Notes under the pieces: generated by a model
Told to the model about the DNA's origin: nothing
The model's input: only the letters and a program-made list of their open reading frames with translations
The model's database searches: none
Origin: Octopus sinensis
Taxonomy: Eukaryota
Reading direction: 5' to 3'
DNA: 64,000 bases
Assembly (NCBI RefSeq): GCF_006345805.1
Contig: NC_043004.1
Span: 89,776,001-89,840,000 of the forward strand
Shown: piece after piece, positions 38,779 to 52,224 of the stretch
Position numbering within the stretch: the first letter of the stretch is position 1
Layout of the letters: each line of letters starts with the position of its first letter
Made by a program: the position numbers and the translations under genes

Positions 38779-41489
38779 TACTTTACAGATATATCGGTAT
38801 ACACAGATTAGTTGTCAGAATTATTGATTTTGCGTACGGAAACATACAACAGAGTAAAATCATGAGTTAGAATATAAAGGTTTAGAAGCCAAAAGTATGT
38901 TGTCTCACTGTGAAATTTAGCCCACTCGGCCTTTTGGGGGGTAGGTAGATTTGAGAATCGAACTTATTGGTTTCACTGTTTTTAACAGCTCACCAGAACA
39001 TTCTTATTTCCCTCGAGATGCTGAAATAAAGTATCAGAAGATTACTTATTAAAATACAAACAGAATCGTTTCAGATTGAAAGTCCGACAATAATTACTGG
39101 AGTACCATTGTTGCGTGGATTATGAATACAAAAATATTCAGCTATTTATCTTATTATTTTATCATCACCCCCGACGTCATACTGGAACGCAAGTATCACA
39201 TCAGAAAACAACCCATATTGCAAATGAGAGATTTAACAAAAGATTTAGGAATTGCTATATACAAAGACAGAAGTTTAGTCTGTGTGATGACACAAGAGTA
39301 ATTACTTCACAGACTGAAAATAAATTTCTGAATAAATCCGAATTAATGCAACAATATCATCACACAATATTGTTTTAGCTAAATGATGAAATAATGTGAA
39401 AAGCGAAAGCAGTGGTTGTGCTGAGATGGAAGAGATACAAAAAACTCCAGAGATGGATCGGTAAATAAAAACAAATAAAGGGGGAGGAGAGAGAAAGAAG
39501 GAGAGAGACAAAGACATTGAGAGGGGTGTTGTAAATAATGGGAAAGGAGAATGCCTTGGTTATGCTGAGATGAAAGAGAGAAAATAAAGTGTTATTGAAA
39601 GATGTAGATTGGATCGATTGACAGGGAAATAAAGGATAGTGTATAAGAGAGACAAAAAGAGAGATATAACCAACAGTCTGTTAGTAAGGGACGCAAGCAG
39701 TCAGGTGAGTTGATGAAATGAAACATAAGAAGGAAATAAAGCAAAAGTTAAAGTAAAAAGTATAATTTCTGAAAGGAAACAGTGATAAACCCAGTAATGT
39801 TTGACAATTACTACGTTAGTCTTTTTATAATGAGACTATAGTTTTAGCAGATAGTTAACTAGAAAAAATTACTCCACAGTGACACACAAACATATCCATA
39901 TGCATGCCACAACATATGAGAGGTAAGAAATGAAGTCTTTTAAAAAATTTACAGGAAAAGACAAAGATTAAATCTTGATATCAATGAATATATAGTTTGA
40001 TTAAAATTAGAAACGACCATAATTACCATATCAAAAATATTTCTGTAGAAACAGTATTTCGAGAGAAGAATCAATAAAGAGAGGAGAGTGGGGAGACAAT
40101 ACTGTTGGTGGTGGTAGTGGGGCCAAAAATAGTTCCTACCTCTTCTAGTTGGTGAAGATGGCGGAGGAAATCGCATGCAAGCCTCCACTGCTCGTTAAAG
40201 TGATCAATAGTAGTAGTAACGAGGGTTACGTTTGGTACAAATTCTTTCTTACCCAACAACAACATTAGCAAGCTACCCTAACCGACAATACTACCAACAG
40301 TACTAACACTAACACCCTATGGTAGTACTAATGGCAACGGAATACTACTATCAACAAGAATGGTAGCGCATTCAGCAACACGCCTCCAACTGCTCCGACC
40401 ATTGCCACAAATAATAGTGGCAGCAACTACAATACCACAATTACTCAATCTACTGTTGCCACTTTCAACACCAACATAAACAAGAGCAAGTGGAGAACAA
40501 CAACAATAGAAATCAACACCAACGAAGTTGGAGACTAGTACGAGTTGGGCCTTACAAAAATCCAGCAGAAGCAGGAGAAATGAGTTTAGGACCCCACGAC
40601 GGACTATCACTTGTTTACCTGAAGAATTCGTGGAAAATAGGTTCAAGGTGATTATGTTCTTTCTGATATTAAATTGAAGCTTAATATGCACACCTCTTTC
40701 CCTCTGGAAATAAAGGTTGAAAAGGTTTTGACCCATGTGTAACAAGAAGTCTTTTATACTGGTTAATGCCAGGGTTTCGGTACCATAAGTTGATCCATAC
40801 AATATACATGAGGTGACAAAAGGTGAGAACCAGCTCGATGATATTAAAAAAAGCATCGACTTACAGCTGATCATGAATTTCGTGAAAATGTTTTCAGAGG
40901 TCATGAGAACACGAGAAACTCACACAAAATATTGGACAGAGGACCAAGTAGAACAGGTAACACCATAGGATTATAAAATCGCCTCTGAACCATGCTATAT
41001 CAAGAGTTCAGTGTTGATGATAGTGAGAGTCCCAGATGATAGTGAAGTGCTACAAGTGTGATGGCAAAACTCAGTGACCGCGGAGATAAAAGGTGTCAGT
41101 AAAATGGCTCACTGTAATATTTCTAGCAAGTTGTCTTGTGGAGATTAGTAAAACTGACAATTCAGAGGGGGTAGGAGAAGCGATCACTCAAGCCTGATGA
41201 CCATAAGGATCATGGTTTCAATGGGAAGACCACTGTCATCCACCAGTTCCCTGTCTTGTTCATAAGTAAAAGTTGATGGAGGTACTGTAAGACCAAAAAT
41301 CGGTAAAAGCTGCATTGGTAAGAGAGGAAATAGAAGGGCGCCACAAGTTGATGAAAATACCATCAATAACTTATTTACGGATAAATAATACAGCAAAGAA
41401 ATACCCCCACGCGATGCGGAAATATTCTGTGGAGTATTTGTTTTGCTCTTAGTTACTCCGGGAACCAAAGGAAAAAATAGCTCCAAGTG

Positions 41490-41860
41490 CATATATTTTT
41501 TTAGATATAGTTTTTGTAAAGCTTGTTCTTGAGCAAAAAGAATTATTCCTTCTGGCTCCATCTTTAAAATAAACCATGTTTTAACCATTTCCAAGGTTCT
41601 TCATCAGCTTCATCTGATGTTTGCGAGAAAAACTCTCTGTAATAGACTTTCACTTTCCAGTTGATGATCTTTTTTTCTTTTAGATCACATATTATACTCC
41701 TGAGAGTCTCATCATTGTCACTGATCACTGTCTCACTCAGTGCAGCCTGCAATACTCTTTCATTACTATTCCTCACACATAGGCATGCAAGAATTTGCTC
41801 TCCTTCATAACATCATCTTCTTTTCTAACCAATCTTCTTCCACCTTCATTTCTAGGTAAG
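41490..41860 (-). mobile_element. R4/Dong-clade LINE internal fragment (post-RT)
   Basis: NSNERVLQA..INWKVKVYYREFFSQ..WKWLKHG followed by EGIILFAQEQAL. Confidence 0.75.
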
Positions 41861-42269
41861 TAAAGTCACGCCACGTCATTTCTAGTACGAAAGCACTCGT
41901 GCACAATCATCATTTTCCCATTTTTTTTTTGTCTACGTTGATCAATTATTTCTTTCGCAACTCCTGCGCAATAGCGAACCAAACCTGCAGTTCATGAGTT
42001 GATGCCTTTAGAGGCATTCAGCGTGGATCTACATAGCTTTTTCACTCTTTTGGTATATTCAGAAAAAATTTTTCTCCTCCATCTTGGTGCTCATCATATC
42101 AGGTGTTATAGCTAGGGTGTTGTAGTTTTGGTTTTGCACAGGGTATTGTTCTAGAGAAAGTCTGTCAAAACATAAGAAAGAAGTTTGTTTTAAAAGTAAT
42201 TTGATTATATGATAATAGTGTAAAAGTTGTTTGCTGTTATGTACATTTAAAAGTACATTTGACAATGTT

Positions 42270-42890
42270 TACAAATTAAAATGTTCTTGGGATTACATAG
42301 ACAATATTTTTCGGAGGATATGAGCAGTTCCTATGTGAGCATTATTTTTTGAATTTCTTCCATGTTTGGATTTCCTTATCATTCCTAGGACATCTATGAC
42401 AACAGGTATTGTTTTAGTCTTGAGGCATAATGTAGAAACATTATGCCAATTTCTGTTTCAAGATTTTTATATTTGCCCATTTTTTGGCAGGTCTTGACAG
42501 ATACATTTATATCGATGAGGCGGGCATGATTTTTGTCTGAAATCCTTCAATACAATCTCTGGCTTATTGCATCTATCTTTCTGTCAGTTTGAACAGTAAA
42601 GTTCCAAAGGGGTGAGATGTGATCAGCTTTTATCATGTGGCAGGTCCAAGTTTTTGCAAATTACTCAGTGAATATACTCTATCATGCCTGTTGAGATACT
42701 CTGTAGGCGCAAAATGGCTGCACATGGAGAAGACATGATCGATAATTTAATTTTATTGTTTACATACACGACGTTTTGGGCTACTGCCGTTCTTTAAGAT
42801 GTTGCCTGGTAGCTTCTTGTTGGTAGACATTGATCCTGGGCTGCTATGATAAACCCGTCTGTCTTTGATTTAATGTCAAAAGACAATAAC
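42270..42890 (-). mobile_element. R4/Dong-clade LINE 3' fragment
   Basis: KSKTDGFIIAAQDQCLPTRSYQA; EYLNRHDRV; KTKTIPVVIDVLGMI. Confidence 0.8.
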
Positions 42891-42902
42891 CATTATTATT
42901 AT

Positions 42903-43173
42903 CGCTTTACTTCTCAGAACGTTCGGTCTTGTTTGCTCTGGTAGATTCTGTGAGAGCGGACAGCAGCCTGCTGTCAGAGGTCTCGTAGGATCTCTTTCCG
43001 CACATTATGAGCTTTGATACTTGATCGTTAATTATTGTGGGAGACAGTCAACATCCAAATACCAATTTCAAAATCTTAGTTGTCCCCAACAGAGCAGTTT
43101 TTTTCTTTGCAATATTTCTTGAACTTGGTTGTTAGTGCTCCGAGTGCCCCTACAACTATTGGAATGACTATCA
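42903..43173 (-). mobile_element. R4/Dong-clade LINE 3' end between (AAT)n tracts
   Basis: IVIPIVVGALGAL..KTALLGTTKILKLVFGC* plus 3'UTR. Confidence 0.8.
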
Positions 43174-43238
43174 TTATTATTATTATTAATTATTATTATT
43201 ATTATTGTTGTTGTTGTTATTATTATTATTAATATTAA

Positions 43239-43269
<31 letters not shown>

Positions 43270-43852
43270 GCCTTTGCACAATTTCTAACGCTGGAGATGT
43301 ACTACGGTGTCAGTTGTTCACTACGGGTGAACTAAGGTAACACCTGTTATTTTTTGAACACCTTCCGGAGTATTCGAGCGGTTCCAAGCAGTGCTGTTTT
43401 CTGCAAGTGCTCCACACTTATTGCAGCCCCTATTTGTTCCACGTATTTCTCAAGATTTTTGCTCACTGTTCCCAGGGCTCCAACAATTATTGGTACTACT
43501 ACTACCTTTTACATCGACTACAACTGCTTAACTTCCCAAGCTAACCTGTTATATCCTTCGACTTTTCTTTCTTCCTTATCGCATACCTTGTTGTCTGCTG
43601 GGCATGCTATATCTATGATTCAGCATAGTTTGTTTTCTTTCTCAATTAAAACTATGTCTGGCATCTTACTCTCTATCTCATGGTCACACTGAATCATAAA
43701 ATCCCATAGGATTTTTACAATTTTATTTTCGATGATGCCTTCGGGTTTGTGGTCGTACCAATTTTTTTCTCTGTCAAGTCCACACTTGTTGCAAAGTGAC
43801 TAATGGACAAGCCTTGCTATATTGTCGTGGTGTCTCTTATATTCCTTAGTCC
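43270..43852 (-). mobile_element. R4/Dong-clade LINE 3' end (RLE domain) with (AAT)n tail
   Basis: KRHHDNIARLVH..WYDHKPEGIIEN..ILWDFMIQCDHEIESKMPDIVLIEKE..IIDIACP..VPIIVGALG..LQKTALLGTARILRKVFKK*. Confidence 0.9.
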
Positions 43853-44419
43853 CTACCTCAAAACCCAGGCCTTGTGCCTATAGCCGAAAGGATTGAGCAT
43901 CGGAATAATACTATGCGACATTTTTTCGGGTTCTTTAAATTCTGATTTCAAATCCTGCCGTGATCATCTCTGCCTTTTATCCTTTCAGGGTCAATAAAAT
44001 AAGGTACCTGTCTAAGTACTTGGGTCAATGGCGTCAATAAAATCACTCATCTAAAATTTGCTGGTCTTATACTTAAATCAAAACCATTATAATTATTATA
44101 ATTATTCAGCTGTTATCATATCTATAAAAGGGAGGATGTGTGTGTGTGTGTGTACGCGATTGTAATTTATGCACGTCCACAAATTAGCACGCATGTCACT
44201 CCAATTTTAGGAGGACATTTGTCAACACCCTATCTGGGTTTTGTCAACTTATTTTTTTCCCCGAGGCACCCGTGGATAGCGTAAATATCTATTTTCAGAC
44301 ATAGCTTTTAGCCACAAAAATATCAGCCTTAGTTATTTTGATGGCGTCTAACAAAAAAAATAAGATAAAGAAAAGTGGAAGAAGGAGGCAGAGAGTTTCA
44401 CGGGAAAGACAAAGTGAGC

Positions 44420-44482
<63 letters not shown>

Positions 44483-45077
44483 AGTTATGAAGTTCATAAA
44501 AAATATAATGTATAATGTTTTGTTTTTTGCTTTTGAAAGACACTATATTTTATAATCATAGTAGATATACTTTCTCACACAACAATTACAATATTTTTTA
44601 TTTTAAATCATTTATTTATTTTAAATCGTTCATCTTTCTCCCTCTCTCACACACATTACTTTGAGTGCGAAAGAGTTTTGTTTTTATTTTACGCCGAATA
44701 CAGAAGTGTTTTGTTGACAATCCATTTATTTAACAACAAAGAAACAAAGAGGTGAATAACAATTTGTCAGTGAATTACACAATATAAATGGGAACAATTT
44801 GCGAGGCTTCCACCACACCCCACTCCATTTCACGGACCATAAAAAGGGTTTTGTAGCATATTACGATGCCAGAGTAGTTGATTCCACGCAAAAAAAAACC
44901 CCGATTTTTTTTCAAAGTGAAAATTGTGCGAGTGTTAATCTTACAAATTTAACAACATTTTTTCCATTCATTTCTGTTTATGAACATGTATGCGTGCACA
45001 AAACATGCAATAGGTGTACCTACGTACGTGTGTGTATGTGTGTTCGTGTCTGTTGCCCATATATATTTATATTATAT

Positions 45078-45336
45078 TATATAAGTCAGGACGCCATGAT
45101 AGATCGTTAGCTCCTACACGCATTTTTTTCTCTCCTTGTTTTTTTCTGTGTATCTTTCTGTCGAAGAGCGTAGGCTCGAAACGTAAAAGATTTTTTCTAT
45201 TTCTATTCCTGAGCGCTATACTAATACATTTGTTTGTTAGTGCTCCACCTACCTTCGTCTTTTGTTTATTTTCGTAAACTTTCCCTTTATAATATATATA
45301 TATATATATATATAATATATATAATATATATCTAAA

Positions 45337-45397
<61 letters not shown>

Positions 45398-45567
45398 CGG
45401 GAAGCTTTATGAAAATAGACAAAAGACGAAGGCAGGTGGAAAACAAACGAACAATTGTATTAGTATGGCGCTCAGGAAATATAAATAAAACAAGTCTTTA
45501 ACGTTTCGAGCCTACGCTCTTCAACAGAAAGATACACAGAGAGAAAAAAAACACAGAAAGAAGGAGA
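45078..45567. mobile_element. Inverted pair of Penelope-like pLTRs around (TA)n, each with a hammerhead-like fold
   Basis: About 45117-45290 and 45393-45567 are reverse complements; plus-strand fold ATCTTT-CTGTCGA-A-GAGC(gtag)GCTC-GAAACGT-A-AAAGAT at 45152-45191. Confidence 0.7.
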
Positions 45568-45577
45568 GATACATATA

Positions 45578-45638
<61 letters not shown>

Positions 45639-45639
45639 G

Positions 45640-45670
<31 letters not shown>

Positions 45671-45671
45671 G

Positions 45672-45925
<254 letters not shown>

Positions 45926-48387
45926 TTTATAATAAATTTTGGATATTGACTGTTCCTATCACATGTAAGTATACTGTTACTGTTGTTACGAAAATGTAAA
46001 CAACCTATGCATGTAAAATGTCTTGAATTGATTTTACCGTCACTAGCAGTAGTAACTACAGCAGTAGTAGCAGTCGCTTGGCTCTAATGATGCTTTCTGC
46101 TCACTTCTCATTAAGTATTCGATATGTCGTCTGGTAAAATATCTCTTTCTTTCATCTACACTTTCATTTTGATTCTCTCTGTCCACGTTGTACATCCTCT
46201 CGTCTGTCATCTTTCCCTTCACACGCGCTCAACTCTTACACGCATTCATACACCAATTCTTCTGTGAAAACCTGGCATACAAAGATATATCGCCGTGTTT
46301 GTATATACACAACACGCAGTTTCCCTCTCAGCTTCTCCTCTATTCTCCCGCTTACACGCGCATTTCCGATCTTTCTCAAACTCATTAAGTCTTTTTTTCT
46401 CTCCACAACACACACACACATACATATATAAACACATAAACATTCATTCCATTCCATTCATACTCAATAATATTTTACATATTGTCACTGTTCATTTCAT
46501 GAATTTTCCCACACTATTACTCCCTACTCTTTCCAGCTGGAATAACAGTGTTCCCTAACAACCCTCTCTTAATTGCAATATGTAGTTCGTTTATGTGAGA
46601 TCCCTCATGGCAACGCCTTTCAAACCTGTACCTTTAATTCTTTAGTTACTTCTCTTTCCATTCTCTATTAACTACCAATCGGCCTGTTGACTGACGATAG
46701 TGGAAGCCCGGCTTCGGAGGTAATGAGTACCCAGTTCATAAAATCGGCTCTCCCATTACGAATTTGATGTCAGTATTTTTATCTACGCACCAGACAGACG
46801 TGAACATATACATCATAGAGACCTTCAACAAGCCCCTGTTAATCTTTCTTTCACTAAACACATTCTAACCATCAATGTCTATTTGTTAGATTTGACCTTC
46901 CATTAGTTCAGTGCTCCATCCTGTCCGTTTCTAACAAGAGAGGCGTGGTTACTCATTATGTAGCTTGCCTACTCCGGTTCGAGCGAATCCAGAATGTTCA
47001 GGGAGGGGGCTCGTCATGATGAATTCACAACCACTGCTTTGCCGCCAGAACAAACTGTCCCTTTATCTGCTTACACAAAACAGCTGACAAAAGACTGAAA
47101 AGAAATATAAATAAATAAAATAAAAAGAGAGGGGTAAAGAAGGGAAGAGATGGATAGAAAGAGGAAGAGAGATTTGACTGGAGAGGCAGTGATTTTAATG
47201 AGAAAAAGGAAAAAGATATGAAAGGAACGAATATGAAAGGAAAATGGAAGCACAGAATTATGAAAAAAAAAAAAATGGATAAAAATAAAGTGAAAAATAA
47301 CACACGTTAAGAAAAAGTGAAGAAAGTAAATCTCAACTCAAATTGAACTGGGAATTTTTGTGATATTTAGAGTGACTTCAATCATTTCATTAATTTCCAT
47401 TACCGCTTCATTTGATCCTTAAATTTTTAAAATTTTACTGCGGTCTTTCTAACATCATTGAGGCAAAACCGTTTTTTTTTATTATCAAGGTCTTACAAAA
47501 ACTTGAAAGGTTGGTTAAAATTTGGGCAATCTATAACAGTAAAAAAGTGTCTGATTAAATAAAAGTGTAGATGTGTGTGTAGAGCTTGGCTCGTACTTAA
47601 GTAGTGACCGCTGAAGAAATCCAATTATGTAAGCATCTGCATTTATGAGAGTAGGAATAATCCAATGGCTAAGAAGTTCATTTCACAATTAGGTGGTGTC
47701 GGGTCGTTCGAATTCGTGGTACAAGATCCTTCTTGAGTCAACCCATGCCCTATAACACTTGTTAATTTGTTAATAGAAACGGCCGATCTGTACCTGTTCT
47801 TGGTAGATAAACAATCTTTTGCTCATTTTAATGCCACCAACTACGTCACTTTTGCCTTTAACGAGGTACAAGCTGTTAGAAACATTCGTACAATTTTATA
47901 AGCTGGGCATACCTCCATATCTTGTTGCACTGTTTCCTGCTGCAGTAACTAGAAGAGTCGTGGTTTTTACCGTTGCTCTTCCGCTTCAGACTAAATCAAT
48001 GAGAAATATATATGTGTATGTGCTTTTGTACGCTCATATATGTTTATTTTAATGTGCATGTTAATTTTTTTTTCAGTGTCTCACGATTACATTATATTAT
48101 ATATTGCAGAATACCTCCTTTTGAATTTACTTTCGCACCGTTTTCTTTCGACTCCCTTATTTGATAGAACAAAGGCGAACTCAGGTTTCGCAGACAACTG
48201 TACTATCTGGGCATGAAACTTAAAAATGCTATATTTACTAAATGATACCTATGTTTCACTGGAATGACTAGTTTTTAGCTGACCTAACCAACAAGCGAAC
48301 AGTGCACACACACACACTTACATTACATACGTACATAATAACAAACATGCGCGCACACACGTGTGTGTGTGTATGTGTGAGTGTGCG

Positions 48388-48436
<49 letters not shown>

Positions 48437-48453
<17 letters not shown>

Positions 48454-48690
48454 TATATACACGAATAAGCACATAAATGCAAAACAAGGTGGAAAAATAG
48501 TACCCCAAATACCGAAGGTAGTATAATATGCTTTTTGATTAAAACTGCGAAGACATCGCAAAAACTGTTACTCAGAGTTTCACGTTCCCGTTTGTCGGGT
48601 AGTTGTGATCACAACTGCCCGACGCACCGGAACTGAAGATCTGAGTAGCACTTTTTGTAATGTTTTTGCAGCTTTAATAAAAAAAAAGTA
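48437..48690. mobile_element. Fold-back PLE-like insertion in (TA)n (diverged palindrome 48538-48678 plus ~100-bp tail)
   Basis: Arms centred on AGTTGTGATCACAACT; degenerate hammerhead-like cores in both arms. Confidence 0.6.
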
Positions 48691-49035
48691 TATATATATA
48701 TATATAAACCATGGCGACTGAAGAAGGGGAATTTTCCTTGTGTTATTTGTCCTGTACTCTATTTTTTCGTTGTTTAAGAAAAAATCCAGTTCCTTGGTTT
48801 TGTGTTTATGTTTTCGTCTCTCATTGTGTTCGACGTTTTTTTTTTGGTGTCCTGTACCCATATATGTAGATGTAGGTACGTACATATATGTATGTATATA
48901 TGCATATGTTTTATTTATTAATTTGTTATTACACGACAGAACGCACGCATCCATTTCTAAGTAAGTTTGTTCTATATATATATATAGTACCTCATTTCTT
49001 CTAATATATAATACCTGTACATCATCTCCAAACCT

Positions 49036-49077
<42 letters not shown>

Positions 49078-50049
49078 TATACTCACTCATTTGGCATCGT
49101 TGGGACCTGTCGAGTGTTCCAGTTTAATGAGTTTTCCAGCTCACGGATAGTTCGAAAGAAACAAATGGGCCCAAAAGTTAACCATCGCATCAACCTTTGA
49201 AATTTCCAGTAAGTTGAGTCAGGTCAGTTAAAGGAAAAGGAAGCATCAAATGAAAAGCGTTTGAAATGTTAATAAAGTTAAAATAACAGTGCCAGTATAA
49301 TAATAAACTATAAACGTTCATTATTTTTTGTTCAGTTATAAAACTGCGTTCTAGAATTTTTGTCATTTCACCGGTCAACTGAATTAACCTTTCATTAGAG
49401 GTTCTTTTTGCAAGATCTTCCTTATTTCCATCACAGCTTTCATCTTTCTCCTGACTTACAGCTTACATCCTCACAATTTCCGAGTCAGTATGGATCTACA
49501 TGGATCTATTATTTAACATTATCTTCCTCCTCTGCGCAAGATCATTTGCAGCAGAATTAGCCAGGCACGAAACAAAGTAGTTCATATATAATCTGGGTTT
49601 CTTTTGAAACCCTAAACCGTGTAAAGTAATTTGCAGTATCTTCAACAGGTGCAGACTTAGTACCAGATTGCGTACACCTAATACAAGGCCTGGTTGTGTG
49701 AAATTGGAATTTATAGCTGTCGCTCATAATGAGTATATACCGCCGTGTTGCACTCTGATACAAAAAGATAAAACTGTTTAATATTTTAAAACATTTCAGC
49801 AAGTGTTCCCGTATAAAACCATTCATAAAATCTGATAACTCCAACGAAGATAATGTGCTAGCATCATGCAATATCTATTCATTGCCGTAAATGAAAAACC
49901 AATATTATTCGATAGGTGCAAGTTGTAGTACAATGTTTTTTATAAGATTATGTTTTTACCAATAACATTTTTTTCTTATTGTTTTGAAAAATAAATCATT
50001 CTGGTATTGTGTTATTGATGAATTCCATTTTGGTAATTCATTAAAAATT

Positions 50050-51070
50050 AACTTAAAAGAGGAGACAACTTTCTAATGTATGTGATGGTGCACCAGCGAT
50101 GATAGGTAGGTAGAGAAAGTTTTCAGTTTTACTGAAAAAAGAAGTTTCAATGTACTTATAAAACATTGTGTTTTAACTAGCAACATATTGTTGGTAAAAA
50201 CCTCAAAGAAGAACTTCATGAAAGTTTGAAGATATACGCCAGAATTACAAATACCATTAAAGCAAAGCCTCTTAATTCTCGACTCTTTACAAATTTATAT
50301 TTAAAAAAAAAACCCCACCTATTTAAAGATTTTCTTCATATAGAAGTTAGGTGGTTAGGAAGTGTCTTACAAAGGCTCTTAGAGATACCTAATGCATCAG
50401 TGGAGATTTTAGGGATTACAGTCTTTGCACTTGCTAATAAGTTAAAGCTAAGTAAAAGAAAATCATGTTTTGCACCTGACATACTTATATGGTAAATTTA
50501 ATGAAATGCAAAAGAAGTTACAGTTATTGGAGACTAGGACTGCTATTTTAAGTTTCCAGGTTGAACTTAGTTTATACAAATGTACTTTGGGCAGGCGCAT
50601 CTTCAGTATTTTGTAAATTTGTCCTCTATAGAGCAATGAGAAAAATGTGTTTTTGATGAATGGCTGATCTATACAAACCAGATTTAAAATTTTGCAACAA
50701 GATTTAAAATTCGATTTAAAGTATTCTAAATAGAAATTTCTGAATGAATCATTTCCCCATTTGCAGTAAACTTTAACGGAAAGTGTAAATTTTGACATAT
50801 TTCTAAAATAAGAATTTGTTTCAAGTTCTTTCCATTTTCAAGTGAAATCTATATTCACATTTAATGAAATTGGATATTACTGGATGAATGAAAAATCTGT
50901 TACAAACAACCCTAAGACTTATGTAGCTGTTGCGCCCATTTTAGTGATGTTTTCAAGTTCGTATATTGGGGGAATCTGGTTTTGGTCAAACGCATTATTT
51001 GATATGAAAGAAGCACAGAACGTGGTGAATTATGTCTCAAATTCGAAAACCTTCAATCTAATAAATCTAA
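50050..51070 (+). pseudogene. Degenerate hAT transposase (Charlie/Buster; ZBED5/SCAND3-like)
   Basis: CDGAPAMIG; ITNTIKAKPLNSRLF..HIEVRWL..VLQRLLE (ORF 50226-50495); YWMNEKS..ILVMFSSSYI.ESGF (ORF 50842-51168). Confidence 0.8.
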
Positions 51071-51119
51071 CATCTAAAACACTCACACAAACGCACACAC
51101 CTACACACACTCATACACA

Positions 51120-51156
<37 letters not shown>

Positions 51157-51160
<4 letters not shown>

Positions 51161-51440
51161 AATATTAAATTTCTAAATATCTCATAGAGATATGTACGGT
51201 GGTGGGGCGATAGAATGGTTGTATACTGTCAATCTAACGTGACAGTAGGGGATTAAACCACCGCTGTTTAGCCCTAGGAAGCATCAACGCTTCCTGATGG
51301 CTTCGACACATTTTTTTTGGACACAGGAAAAAGAATGTGTCGAAGCCATCAGGAACGCCGATGCTTCCTAGGGCTAAACAGCGGTGGTGTAATCCCCTAC
51401 TGTCACGTTCATGTTAGATTGACAGTATACAACCATTCTA
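51157..51440. mobile_element. Fold-back insertion in (TA)n: ~230-bp palindrome plus ~54-bp tail
   Basis: TAGAATGGTTGTATACTGTCAATC (51211) is the reverse complement of the end at 51440; short spacer near 51311-51333. Confidence 0.7.
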
Positions 51441-51448
51441 TATATATA

Positions 51449-51481
<33 letters not shown>

Positions 51482-52224
51482 GTTCTTAATTTAATTGTAC
51501 TGAAAAAATGTTCATTAGCAGTAAATGTACTTATTTCTATAATTACGTAATAAAAAATTCATTATTATTTGATTAAAAAAAATTTAAGTGGTGTTTATTC
51601 AAATAATATATATAACCTAAAGTTTCAGTCATAGCTCTATTGCAAGGAAGAATCATCTTCCCAGAAGCCAATATCTAGATTTTTTGGGTAAGCGTTTTGA
51701 GATGGAACAAAGTATACCATGTAATCTGATTTTATTTCTCGTTTCTAGTATAGAATCCTTAAATCCCTCGTCAATCATGAAGTCCTCGATACTCGTCGAA
51801 TCCACTTTGATCTATTTAAACCTCATCATTTCGTGGCGCTAGAAAATTTCGTTACGAAAGGAAGAAATATTTTAGCAAAGAGAATTCGCAGCTATGTAAA
51901 TGCGCGTTTGTATGTGTACGCATGTGTGCATGTGTACGAATGTGCGCGTACTTGTATGCATGCGTGCGCGCGTGAATGGGGATATGCACGAGTATGTATA
52001 TATATATTATATATATATATATGCATTGTCTGGGAGATTTTTCTTATAGCTAAGAATTTTTGGCTGCTATTTCTAAAAGTTCGGTGTGTGGTAAAGTAAA
52101 TTATTTTACTGAACCCTAATTATATAACGTAATGTTTTAAATATACCGTAAATGGTCTTTTTACATACTGAACACTACTTGGTAAAATTAATTAATAATT
52201 AATTAGTTTTACCCTTTTATTATG

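Noticed and set aside
48712-48740. CTGAAGAAGGGGAATTTTCC hammerhead-like start
   Set aside because: The downstream GAAAC and stems I/III are absent.
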